Below, in pieces: positions 12,301 through 24,700 of a DNA stretch of 64,000 bases. The notes below the pieces were generated by a model. The model was given only the letters and a program-made list of their open reading frames with translations, made no database searches and was not told the DNA's origin. Numbering within the stretch: position 1 is the first letter of the stretch; every line of letters begins with the position of its first letter. Location of the stretch: NCBI GenBank assembly GCA_012295275.1, contig CM022679.1:24490001-24554000 (forward strand), read 5' to 3'. Made by a program: the position numbers and the translations under genes. Source of the stretch: Chrysomallon squamiferum (Eukaryota; Animalia; Mollusca).

Positions 12301-14695
12301 GTGTTTATATTGTTATAATATAATCTTTAAAAAAAATTAAAGTTGCAGTTTGTTACTTATTGGTTCATTATAATAATAATTAGAGATTACTGAGGTTTAA
12401 CTGTTAAAATTTGAATTTGTTTGATGTGTCTGATGTTAATGATATTTTTTGTCTCATAATTATATTAGCAAAAATTTTTAAAATAATTCATCAAGCATAA
12501 AAGTAACTATTACTTATAAGTACTGTTTAATATTACTTGTAGATATTTTTTCTTACAGCAGTTTTAAGCAAAACATTGCTCTAACAATATTTCTTTTTGT
12601 TTGAGACCTAGTCACATATTAAATTAGATTTTGCGTTAACTAAAAAATTAACTTTTGTCCTACAGGCATGAAAGTATTATTACAAATATGACATTTTCAT
12701 ATATGATAGAATGGAAGAATGTAAACATTTTCATCGCTGATAGGATTTTCTTTTGAGTGGATTTTTTTAAATATTTTTTTTGTTTTTGTTATTGTTTATT
12801 TTTTCTTTAGCAAAAAGAGACAGTGATGGGAGTTTATTAAAAGAAGTCATGGAAGAATTAAGCAGATCACAGGCAAAGCGTAGAGCACAACGAAGGGTAA
12901 ATAGGAATTGTTTTTGTTACTCAAGAAATATACATTTCTAATTTTAAAAATCTGTTTTTGTTTTAAAAAGTACCTTTATAAAAACATTACATTTAAACAC
13001 AAGGTGTTTTTTGTTTTAACTTTAAGAGTATAAAAGAAAATATACATTTGTAATACAGGTTCATATTCAAAAATCCGGCAACCTCCGCACCTGAGGAGTG
13101 CCTGATTTTTTATCATTATGCATGCTGTGTATATTTAACAGAAAATGTCTGTTTTTTAATATCATACACTGTTGAAGAGCCAATGTCGTATGTTTCACGG
13201 AAATGCCGCTATTACATGTTTTTAGCACTTCCACTTTCTCTGCGATGTTTACGTTTTACACCACCTCTTTTCTTTTCTGAATCCATAATGGGGCTACACA
13301 GCAGCAAAAAAATGATAAAATGAGAAGGAATGAGCAGGAATGTTTATAAGCAGGTGCAAGCAAGACCCATCAAAACATAAATAGTGGCTCCAGAAAACAG
13401 TGGTGCACCAACACAGTAAATTTGAAAATGTGCTCCAAAATCCATGACAGAAATCTGAAGGAACCAGATTTTTGAATGTCAAACTTTATTTGCTAGGAAA
13501 AAAATAAAAATAAAAAACAAAATGTACTTATATAATAACATTACATTAGATTTAAAAAGCTAAAAAAAATCTTAATGATAAGAAGACATATTAATATATT
13601 AATATATAGGTTCCAGGAAATGAATTTGACCTGAGGGAGTATTATATTGATGATGAAATTGAAAAGAGTGGTTTGAAATTAGGTGGTGGTAGAGAAAACT
13701 GGACACTTCCAAAACTATCCCCAGAATCTGGAATGACTAACAAAAGTGAACTGACCAGTTCAACTGGATGTAAGTCATACCTTTTGTTATTTTCTGTTAT
13801 TAAGAAGTTTATATATTTTTTTTATTATCAGATTGTATCGTAATGATGATTTTATTACAGATTTTAATGTGAAACAGTAGTTACCTGTTGTCTATTTTAA
13901 ATGTCTGATGTAAAGAATAGGAGTCTTATGATTTGGTATTGTAAATATAGTAGGATTAGCACTGTTGTAGTCTGACCTCTAGAATACTAATTTTGAAGTT
14001 ATTGGATTATATGTAAAATATGATCTTTATTCACTTCAGTTTCAGATAGAACTCTCAGTGTAAGGGATGAGAAAAAAGACAGAATTGTTCAAAACAAATC
14101 AAATGTTGTTCCAAAACCTACAGTCACCACTCGAACAAGTGAAAGAAAGGTATAGTCTTATTACTAACTTTATTATTAATGTTTAAAATATTTTTAACTA
14201 TTCTTTACTATTACAAAATTTTATAAGAACAGTATTTTTGACCTCCAGTTATTGATAAATTGATGGAGAAGGAAAATGACAAAAATTTTGTTCTATAGAG
14301 GAATGTTTTTTGGGAAAAAGATTAATCTTTAGAACTGAAAATGGATTTTACTGCTTATGTCTATTATATTCTGATTCACGAAGATGGAATTCAATCAAAT
14401 GGTAAATATTAGATCATTTCTATTTTTTAATGTTTATTATTTATTTATTTATTTTACTTTATCTTATTTTATCATTTTATTATTATTATTGTTTTTTTCC
14501 ATTGTTTCTTCTTTGCAGCCTAAATCAAAATCTAAAGGCTACACAACAACAGTGACAGTTACATCAAGTATTGACAGACCAGGGGAACATCAGCTTAAAC
14601 ACACAGCAACTGATCTTGATACTGGTGAAATAAAAACACTTCATGAACAGAAGGTCCTTGCAAGTTCTGTTGTGTCAAAAATCATTCCACAGTGA
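503..14695 (+). CDS. TEX14: TEX14-like inactive Ser/Thr kinase (ankyrin repeats + pseudokinase + long low-complexity tail), 5'-partial, multi-exon
   Basis: GT-AG exons joined by hand: 503-751, 1126-1243, 1633-1757, 2187-2288, 2513-2636, 2852-3021, 3412-3569, 4071-4270, 4730-5010, 7066-7209, 7554-7688, 8132-8503, 8939-9020, 9400-9468, [~10021-10088, frame problem], 10918-11142, 11858-12223, 12811-12896, 13610-13769, 14040-14149, 14519-14695 (TGA). The ankyrin segment DGTTPIHATSYTGNINLLVSLIKAGGDLRLHD and kinase segments VTVKRL, IRHPNILLLMGVC, YIHCGLSSHAINL..AKLGNFEYM, LYNWMAPE, SDVYSY and EVPW match recalled vertebrate TEX14 (GGDLRLHD, IHRSLSSYAV, LTNLEYM, LYNWAAPE). Tail exons after ~4730 are less certain. 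Confidence 0.85.
2852..3021 (+). CDS. TEX14: TEX14-like exon carrying degenerate catalytic motifs (HCG for HRD, NFE for DFG)
   Basis: cag|CTTGAA...CAGTC|gtgagt; translates LERLPTQNIRDILLQICSALVFIHQQNYIHCGLSSHAINLVNPYIAKLGNFEYMTQS. Confidence 0.9.
12261..12404. mobile_element. 144-bp MITE-like element with Tc1/mariner/pogo-type terminal inverted repeats
   Basis: Left end ACAGTTGAACCTCATTAATC (12261-12280) vs reverse complement of 12385-12404, ACAGTTAAACCTCAGTAATC: 18/20 identical. The CAGT..AACCTC terminus resembles pogo/Tigger TIRs. Confidence 0.65.
13056..13486. mobile_element. ~430-bp non-autonomous Tc1/mariner/pogo-like element, TA-flanked
   Basis: TA at 13054-55, then CAGGTTCATATTCAAAAATCCGG. 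The reverse complement of 13464-13486 is AAGTTTGACATTCAAAAATCTGG (18/23), followed by TA at 13487-88. The interior is more GC/CpG-rich than the host intron. Confidence 0.65.
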
Positions 14696-15312
14696 GGATA
14701 ATGTTCAGTTAAGTGAGAAAAACTGCTGCTGCTATTTGGACATTGTTGCATTATAGAAAAAGGGAAAAGTATTAAGGAGTTATCTCTGATTTTAAATGTT
14801 GTGCTGTATCATTTCTCTGTATATATGTAACATAATTCTGTGTATGTAGATGTATTTAAAATAATTGTTTTACTTCTTTTATTTTTTGTTTTAAACCAAA
14901 TTGTAAATGGGCTCTTTCAATTTACTATTATAATATATATACAATTTTTTTAATATATATTTCATAATTATTATTATTATTTTTTTATAATTAACAAATG
15001 GTACAAATAAATGATGGTGACATTTTAGTAACTTCCATCTCCTACACATACAGGCCTGCATATATTTAACATTATACTTCCCCAATTATAATATCCTCAA
15101 TTTAATATGTTATTTATGTTATTGTTAGCTGGTACCTTAGCTTATTCTTCAACATATCCATTTGTTAATTTAAATTGTATTAAGATGTTTGCCACTTTCT
15201 TGCATTTGTAAATTTACAGTTATTACTGTATGCATTATTCTTATAAAATTATTTTGCTGCCTTACCTTATGTTAGTTAATTGAAATATAATCATAAGTAA
15301 AATGAATTTGTC

Positions 15313-15318
15313 AATAAA
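15313..15318 (+). terminator. candidate poly(A) signal of the TEX14-like gene
   Basis: AATAAA ~620 nt after the stop codon, with GT-rich sequence downstream. AATAAA is common by chance at this AT content, and an earlier copy lies near 15006. Confidence 0.3.
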
Positions 15319-18300
15319 ATGGCATTTCCTGCAAGTACAAATTTATTGCCTGTCTCAAAAATGTGTGTATTGTATCTATAGCTCAATAATCTTTAATGAA
15401 TATTAGATATTTTAAGTCTTTCTTCTGTATGAATCGGTTTATAATTATTGTTTATTATTAGCCCATTATATCAGTAGTCCAGGACTGATTAATTGTATCT
15501 GTATGTTAACTAAATTAATACTGTGTAGTAATCAAAGGCTAGTCTGTTAAAGGATTATATCTCCAATGCAGACATTTTGTCACATTTGTTTATTTATTCA
15601 AAATAGAAATTTATAACCAATACATTTTTAGGCAAAATCTTGTTTGCCCAGAACAGAATTCACTTTGATGGTCAATTTATGTACTATTTTTATGCAGGAA
15701 TACATCAAGAATATTTAAAAATAAATAATAATAAAAAAATTCACTTCTTTATTCAAGTAAATAACCAAATCAATTTGTTAGAAACATGTTTATTCCCAAA
15801 AATTCAAACAACATGAAACAAATGTTTACAGAGAACTAACACTGTAAATATTTGAGGCAGATTGTTGATAACTTAATTAACAATATTTATGGGTGCTTTT
15901 TATTTTCAAATATACAAAACATTAAATATAGGAAAATACTCTGGTTCATCAGTATTTATATACATAACCTATTTACAAAAACATTTTTGTTTTAAAGTAT
16001 ACAACATGTGTATTGCCAGGTTTTAACTGCTTAGACAGTGATATACAAACTCCTGATGATAACTGTTTGTGATATGAACTGTAATTACAGATGATGGATG
16101 TATATTAATATATTAATCAATAAACAAATAATTAACAAATTTCTGGAAACTAAAACACTATATACATGGTTTTTATTTTTAAGCAAATAATAATCTTGAA
16201 TCTTTCAAATTCTACAGGTAGTAGATATTTGGCAGTTTTTCTTAATTTAATCCAGTATTTGAAGATATGGGTCCAGCTTTCAGACAGAAAAAACAACATT
16301 TGTGCCTGAAAGTAGTTTTTCAAGAAACTATAGAGGACTATAGAGTAGTGCTAAGAAACTATAGAGGAAACCATGATGTAATATTTGTTATTGGTTACAA
16401 TTTTTCTTTTTGAAACCCCAAAAACAGATTAATATTTGTTACTAATTATTTTTGTAATATTTCAAAATTTAATTTGTTTTAATCTGAACTGTTTGTTATA
16501 TGCAGTAATCGTATTTATTAGTATTATTATTTTTTATAATTTCTTTGTAACACTAACAGTTTTATTTGTTGCTGCATGGACATGTTTCATAACTAATAAT
16601 AATGGATGCAACAATCAACTACACCTTAAAAATAATTTTCATTATTAGAAAGACTTCGTACAATGTCTAAACTCCAAATAATAAAGCTGAAAGTGTCAGT
16701 GTTTATGTTTTGTTTTTACCTGAGTAATAAAGGGCTATTTAATTTTTCATGATTGTGTTTAGTATTCAGTTAACAAAGATTTTCTTTTTCTTTTCAGTTT
16801 AATCCAATGTTTCTATTATAAATCAACCTTTTGTATCAGGAAAATTTAATATGCTACAATTTACAGTATTATGAATTAGTACAACTTTAGATCTAGTTAC
16901 TTTAAACAATATTATTATTTCAGTTTTGTTAGTGTATCATTCAACATTATTTTCTGTTTGTTGAGTCTGTTTGCAGGGGTTTGTATTTATGTTTTAACAT
17001 TTAAAAACAAGAACAACAAGTTATTTACTCATGTGTAAGAGGATATCAAACTAATAAAGTTATTTTTCAGAGAGAAATATGTAAGTTTAAAATTTGAAGA
17101 ATTATTACATAAAAAACTATTAACAAACTTATAAAAATAGAAAAGAAAAGATTTCTATTACATCTAATGAAAAATCACCGATTTCTTCTTATCTGTGAAC
17201 AGTAACAATGCAATCATAAACTATTTTGCTTTTAATAACGTGTGATCACAATAAATTTAACAACAGCACCATAACCGTAATCAGAAAAAGAGAAAGAAAC
17301 AATATGAAGAACATCTAAATATATCTTGGTATTTTTTACATCGTTGTTAAAACACTTTAGAAGCACATTGAATTAGAAGAAACATTTATGCATACATTAT
17401 TTTATTCCCATTTTTACATCAGAGATATAACTGGTGTCAGATTTAATTAGAATATTCTAGATAAAAGTCAAACAAATAACATATTAACAGAAAAGAAATG
17501 CCAAACAGAACAAAAGTTAAAAATGTTATTGCACTAAAATATTAGCTGTGTTATCATCTCTAAACAATAACAAGTATTCAATTTTATTCCAACAAACAAA
17601 CCGAGAGAGAATAGGTTTGTGAGAAAACTCAATCTGCAATGTGGCATAGACATTTTGCTCCTTTTGTTCGAAATGCTAGATATTGTAAATAATGTGTTCC
17701 AAGACCATGAAATTCTTTCCACCTTGGGTATATATACATCACATATATAATTAACCATTCAATAAAACTGTTTATAATATATTTATTATATGCATTTGAA
17801 ATAATAATCCTGTCTAACAGAACATTTAGGCTTGGGTTATTGTTCCAAGTAGTGTTCCAAGAAACTGAAATTATTATGTAAAGGATATGTCTTAAGAAGT
17901 AATAATAATCCAAATTAATAAAAAATAATAATAAAAATCAAAAAAATCAGATAACCTACTGGAGTGTGATATCTTTCTAAACAAAACTATTAAATCTGAA
18001 TTTCTAATATAAAATCTGAAGTCTATAAATGAAAAAAATAACTTAATAAAATAACTTTATACATATACACATGTCAAAAACCCGTTCTACCAGAATGATT
18101 AGTTACATAACAGAAAATGCATATGTAAATCTATTTTGATTAATGTCTGATATAAATATGTCCACACAGTCTATTTGGTAATCCTGGTGATAACTTCATC
18201 TCAGTAACTCAGTTTTTCTTTGTTTTCCGCCATTATACAATCAGAAGCCAATGAGGGTAACTAACACCAAACAAATTTATGATTACAAGTAATATTTTTC

Positions 18301-19151
18301 TTGAAAACGTCTTATTGAGAAAGTTGATAATTTCAGATCACCTTTGTTCTGTAAATGCTAATTATGCTAATGATATTAAGGATAAATATGAAGATATATC
18401 TGGAATGTTACCCTAACTGCACCAATTATTTTTCTGTGTCCACTGCACCAAGATCTGCATTTGTTAACTGCACTAATAAAAGGCTAGTTTTATTAAGAGA
18501 TTTTAACATAATTTTAATTTGATAAATCAATTATTCATAAGATTTCTGGCAGAAGACAAACATGAAAATCATTGTTCTAACATTTGTTTATAAAAAAAAA
18601 AAAAAAACATACAAATAATTCTTCCATATACTCTGAATATTTGTATGTAGCATACAGTTGGTTTTGTTGGACAAATGGAATCAGGACTTTTACAAAGTCA
18701 ACAAATCATGAACAAGGTTAACATTAAATCATAAACTTTTAAAGTTAAATCTCAAATCCATCATGTTCTCAAGTGTAACTCAACCAGTTAGGGTCTGTAA
18801 TGGACGGATGGATTCTCAAAGCAGTGGTGGGAAAGGGGGAATGGAAAGAGCAAGTTCACAGTGTTATGTAATTTCAAACAAACTGAAAATGCACCAATGT
18901 CATAAATAAGAATTGACAAATATCACCATGCTCCTAAAACAAATAACAAAATAAATATATTTAAATCAATGTTAAAATACAGTGTTAGTTCAAAAGTAAT
19001 ACATGAGAAATTAATTTATTGCGTTTTATTCTTCTTATTGTGTGCTCACTTTTGCCACCATTCCTTCTGTCAGTCATTTCGTTGTCTGTCCATAAAAGAT
19101 ATGTTCTTCAGCTGAATGAAAGGTTTGTGGAAACGACTGACATCTGCTTTT

Positions 19152-19294
19152 CTAAACAGAAATACCAGGATGACTGTTCACTGGAGAACCTACTGGAGAT
19201 GTCCTTGTAGGCGAAGAAAGATTGGGGTCACTTTTTGAACTAAGATTTTGAACTATTGGTCTAATCTCTGTCCACACTGATGCAAGCTAAAACA

Positions 19295-19346
<52 letters not shown>

Positions 19347-21662
19347 GAAATAACTGAGGTAGTAATGTTTGCAAAAGTAGTAACAGTAAAAATATTAAGT
19401 ATTAATTACAAGATAATAATCATGTAAATATTAGCAAAAACAATCAAACATCTCAGTATAGCATTTTAGATACAAATGCACAATACTTTATGTATTAATA
19501 ACTGAAATTAATTACAAAGATATTATTAGTCAAATATTAAAATTAATTATTGGTTTCACTATTTTTAAGTTGCACTTTACTACAAGTGCAACATTCAATC
19601 TCCAGTACTCTTGGTTCCAAACCCTTTACAGATTATCAGTTTTTCTGGACAAAAAGAAGTCACATGATAATTCAACAAAAAAAAACCTCTTATCAACAAA
19701 ATTATATATACCTCAGGTGTCTCTAAAATATATTCCAGTATTAGAAACTTAAACAAATCTTAAATGTAATTCAAATAATTATATGAAATAAATTAGTATA
19801 AATGACAAAAGTTTATTAGTACTGGCTGAATCAATAAAATCAAATTCTTAAATTAAAAAAACATTACATGAAAAGTAAATGAATTTCAAAAGCCTGTCCT
19901 AAATTTATCTGAACTGTCCATAAATATCCAGAAGTTGATCGGATACATATCACTACATTCTGCTATAACAAAATGCATGATTTTATATCTTACATCGGAA
20001 TGTGCTTTTGCCTGCACATCAGTCATTGTGGTGAAAACCTCAAAGAAGATGTCCAGATTGGCATGGATCAGTTGAGTTTCCATTTGAAGACAATGAAGTG
20101 AAAAATAGTTCCGGTTTTCCATATTTGCTATCTGCTCTTCTTGCTGCAGAAATAATTGTGGGTAAAAAGTAACACCAAATTAAAACAGTCCACAGTGGTT
20201 ATTCTGTTAGCCTTGAGTTATTAGGAATCTGGGATCACATCATAGTACTTGCTCATAACTGGCTTATTTTTTAACTATCTTTATAGAACAGTAACACACT
20301 GATACCAGGCAGAAAACATTCTCTTGATAATGTTCCTTAGAAAACTGTTTTTTTAATTATCTAATACACTAACAGGAACATGTACTAATATATTCTTGTG
20401 CAGAACACTCACTGTTAGTTATGTCCCTTTGTTTTTCCAACTCTAACATACCATTAACATATGTTAACATATTCTTGGGTAGAAATTTCATTCATGCTAA
20501 TCTGACTTAGATTGGTTGCTTAAACATCTTTAGATGTGAGTGTGATCTGATATACTGAAAACTAACCAGGAAAACCTATCAATTGAAATATATTTTTTCT
20601 TTTTTTAATGAAATTAAAATATAATGTAAAGGACGATTATAAACAAAATTAATTAAAATCTGAAATCTGTCTTAATATCTTTAAAAAACCCAAAGGAACT
20701 TTGTATTGTGTGGACAGGAAGATATACTTACTTCTAGAATTCTTTGTTCAAGTTGTTCAACTGTGCCAACCTATTCAAAATAAAAGAGAACATTTATTTT
20801 AAAATGGCTGAAAACTAGTCAATTGATTGTTTTGTTGAAATTTAAAACAGTTTTATATATATGTGAAATATGTCATAATAAAGTAATAAATATTTTATTT
20901 AAAATTTCAAATTCCAATGTTCCATAAGTGATATGTCAACATTTATTAATCAGGAAACTATAAAACATAATATAAAAAGATAAAGATGATCATCTGAGAA
21001 ATAGATTTTATCTTAAAACTGGCTTAATGTTATTTTGAATAAATTTATAAATTTCAATTTATTTATTTTTGAAGACTTACCTAAGCTAATAAAGTACAAC
21101 AAAAAATGAAAAATTCATAATGTGGCTGATATTTTCAGTCTTTTTGGTGTGTTTTTGTACACAGAAAAATGAAAAATATAAGAACCAAAAACAAATAAAA
21201 GGTGCAAAAAATAACCGATCATGTAAAGCACTTAAGAGTTATCAGATCTTCAATCTGTAAGGAATTTTGGGATTTTTAAAATATTTTTATATCTGAAGTG
21301 ACATCACAATGAAAAAGGAAAGAAATTAAAAATTAACTGAATATAAAAAATGGATTTAGGCCAGTTGTACAGAGCAAAATTAAAAACAATAATAAGATTA
21401 TTAAGTGATAATTTTTATCATTACCTCTGAAGGTCCCTGAACTGTTGCTTGTTGTTTTTTCTTTTTGTACTGACCCATCTTCTGAATTGCTCTTTGATGG
21501 TCAGTTAACACACCTTTTTCATGTCTATCACACAAATCCTGAAAAACAAGAACATTTTGTTTGGTTTCTTTAATAATATTTTTTTTTTTTTTTAGGGTAT
21601 GTTTTCTTTTTTTCTTTGTTTTTTATTGTTTTGTTCTGTCATATTTTATGAACTATGTATGT

Positions 21663-21706
<44 letters not shown>

Positions 21707-24700
21707 GAAATATAAGAAACAATTAAGAAAAGATTTATTCAATATTTTAATTCAACAGATTATTAATTTAACTGTCTTGGTCTGAGTGGTTTAAAAAAAA
21801 AAAAAATTAAAATGTTTTTGAATAAACTAATAAATTATCATTTATTTAAGTAAATGTATTTGTGATGCAACTCATATATCATGTATGTATTGACAACAAA
21901 AAGTTATATAATATTTAATACTTAATATTAAAGAGTATAACTTCATTAATATTCATCACTCTGTAAATTTATTTTTATATAGATTTATAAGAAAACCTTA
22001 CAAGAAAAAGGTAATTTAATTGTATCAGTCTGAAGAAGGATGATGAGAATGCAACAAAATCAGAAATCAAATGATGTTGTAAAGAAATGAAAAACTTTGA
22101 GTACTTTCACTTTTCTGTATATATTAATTTTATTTTTTCTAAAAGTCTAAAGGTCAAGTTAATTTATAAAGAAATATATTTTAGTACTTACTTTATAAGC
22201 ATTGAGCAAGTCAAGGAAAATGGAAAGTTTCTCCACCAATCCTTCCTCTTCATCCACTGCCTAAAGGCATGAAATAACTCAGTCATGATATGATGAATAC
22301 ATATATATCTGTGGTACATGGATAAATTTTAGATCATTAACTGATTAAGTGAGCCAGTGTTTTAAAAACTGATCTAATGTGTTTCACTATCAATACAATT
22401 TTTTTTACTAATTTCTAAAATATGTTTTCAGAACAAAAATATAAGATGAAAAAAAAAAATACTAATAAAATAAATAAAATAAATAAAAGATTATATTAAA
22501 AAATATGTATATATTAATTTAATCATTTAATATACAGATAGATAGATGGAGATAGACACACAATGATACATTTACACATACACACACACACATAACCATC
22601 CAACCACCCATACATCCACACCCACACACACACACAAAAACACAAATTCTTACCTCAACAGTTGCTTTATCAGACAGGATAGCATATTCCACTGAGAGAC
22701 GTTTAAAACCTTTCTGTAGGTAATGCCATGTATCATTTGCACCTGTTGCCCAAGATGACACTGGAGTTGAATCATTGCTCATTAAACTGAAACAGTTTCA
22801 TGATAGAATTATAATTACTGTGTTAAGAACAAATTTAAAGTGATATTTAAAGTGTATTTAGAAAAACCAGATTTAGAAATTTTAAAGAAATATCAATGTT
22901 GATGTAAAAAAATAAATAAATAAACAAGTTCAAAAGAATTAGAAAGATATTTAAACAATATTACTAAATACTACAAAATAGTTAAAATATTCAAAAAAAA
23001 AAAAAAAAAAAGCAAGAAAGAGAAGAAAAATACACTTAAAAGTAACGAGTAATTACAATTACATACAAAAAAAATTCAATTCCAGCTGCATGAAAATATA
23101 AAAATTTAACTGTTCTCAATAAGTAATCATTATTATTATTTTTTCTAAAAATGTAATATATATTAATACATATAAAATTCCAATAATAAATTCACTTATC
23201 AAGCCTCATTAAAAAGTTTTTAAAAAAACACACCTAAAAACACAGATCATTCAACAAATAGTTTCAAATTTTACCTCAATTCCCTGCCAAACTGTGTCAT
23301 ATCATTTGCAAAACCCACAGCTCGCTGAACCATTCTTTCAGCAATTTCTTTCATCTTCAGCACACTGTTGTACAGTACTCTGATATGTTCTTTGCTGTTT
23401 GCTAACTGCATCTGTGTGTCCATAGGAACCAGATCCTGAAAGGAATATTTGTTTAAAATGTAATTTGTTAGTACAAACAAATAGCTGTATAATTCCAAAT
23501 AACATTTTTTTATTTTTTTCTATTTTTTTTCTCTAAAGAACAATTTTTAATATTAATAAAGTATTAATAAAAAAATAAAAATAAAAAAAAAGCCCAAGGA
23601 GATGCATGAAGTACTATTTTCTAGTTTTTTTCTATGAATTGAATAATTACCACAAAATGTTAGCATCTCCACAAGCAGGTTTTCTGGTCATACTTAATTA
23701 TTACAAATGACTAGGTTTCTATAAGAAAGAATGAAAAAACTGTTTATTGCAAAACAATAACATCATGGGTCTATCAAAAGCAAAGTCATGTTATTTGCAA
23801 TTACTTTTAAAAGACAAAAGTTATGTAGCTGTTGTAACTCTGTAATCTCTGTATTTACTGAAATTAATATTAGAATATTAGTTAACTCTTTAACACACAG
23901 TATGTTTTTAATGATAATGTTTGTTATCTGAAATCAAATGGGTTTTTGGTGGGGGGTTTTGTATAATGTAACATGAGTAAAAAAAACAAAAAAAAACATC
24001 AGTTGCCTCTCCTTGGCCAATTCTTACTGATTAGTAGAGGTTTTTGTTTTCATTCTTTTACATATATATATTTATTAACCTTCTCAGTGATATAAATAGT
24101 TGGGCACCAGTATGGAGAAATATCTTAATACACATAAAAGAAAAAACAGGATGATTCTGCACACTATCATCAAGTAGAAGAGAAAGAAATGGATATAAAT
24201 TGTTTAAAATATTACCTTTGCTTTGCTAGCCAAGTTACTTATCATGAATTCATCTGGAACACCACGGAAATGTTCTTTGATTTTATGCTGCATGTCCTAA
24301 AAATAAACAAAATACTCATTTAAAACCAGTATCAAAGTATTTGCAATACAAATTTAAATATAATTCATGAAAAACATACACCAAAGCTTATGCACCTTAG
24401 TTTGTTATTATTATTTTCAAGTTTTGAAAAGGAACACTAACCACGATTCAAAATGACCACATTATTAAACCGAATTAACAAAATATTTGTACAGTTAATG
24501 ATAATTACATATAACTTAAATCTATTTTGTTAATTTAGTATTATTCAATTTATTGCATTATAAATCTGATGGTATGCAAGTGTAAAGTTATAACAGTTTA
24601 CTAACGAACATAAAAACTGAAACTGTTAATTTTTGATAACGCCAGTACAAACCACAAAACCATTTCAACTAATATTTTACATTACAGAAATGAAAATGAA

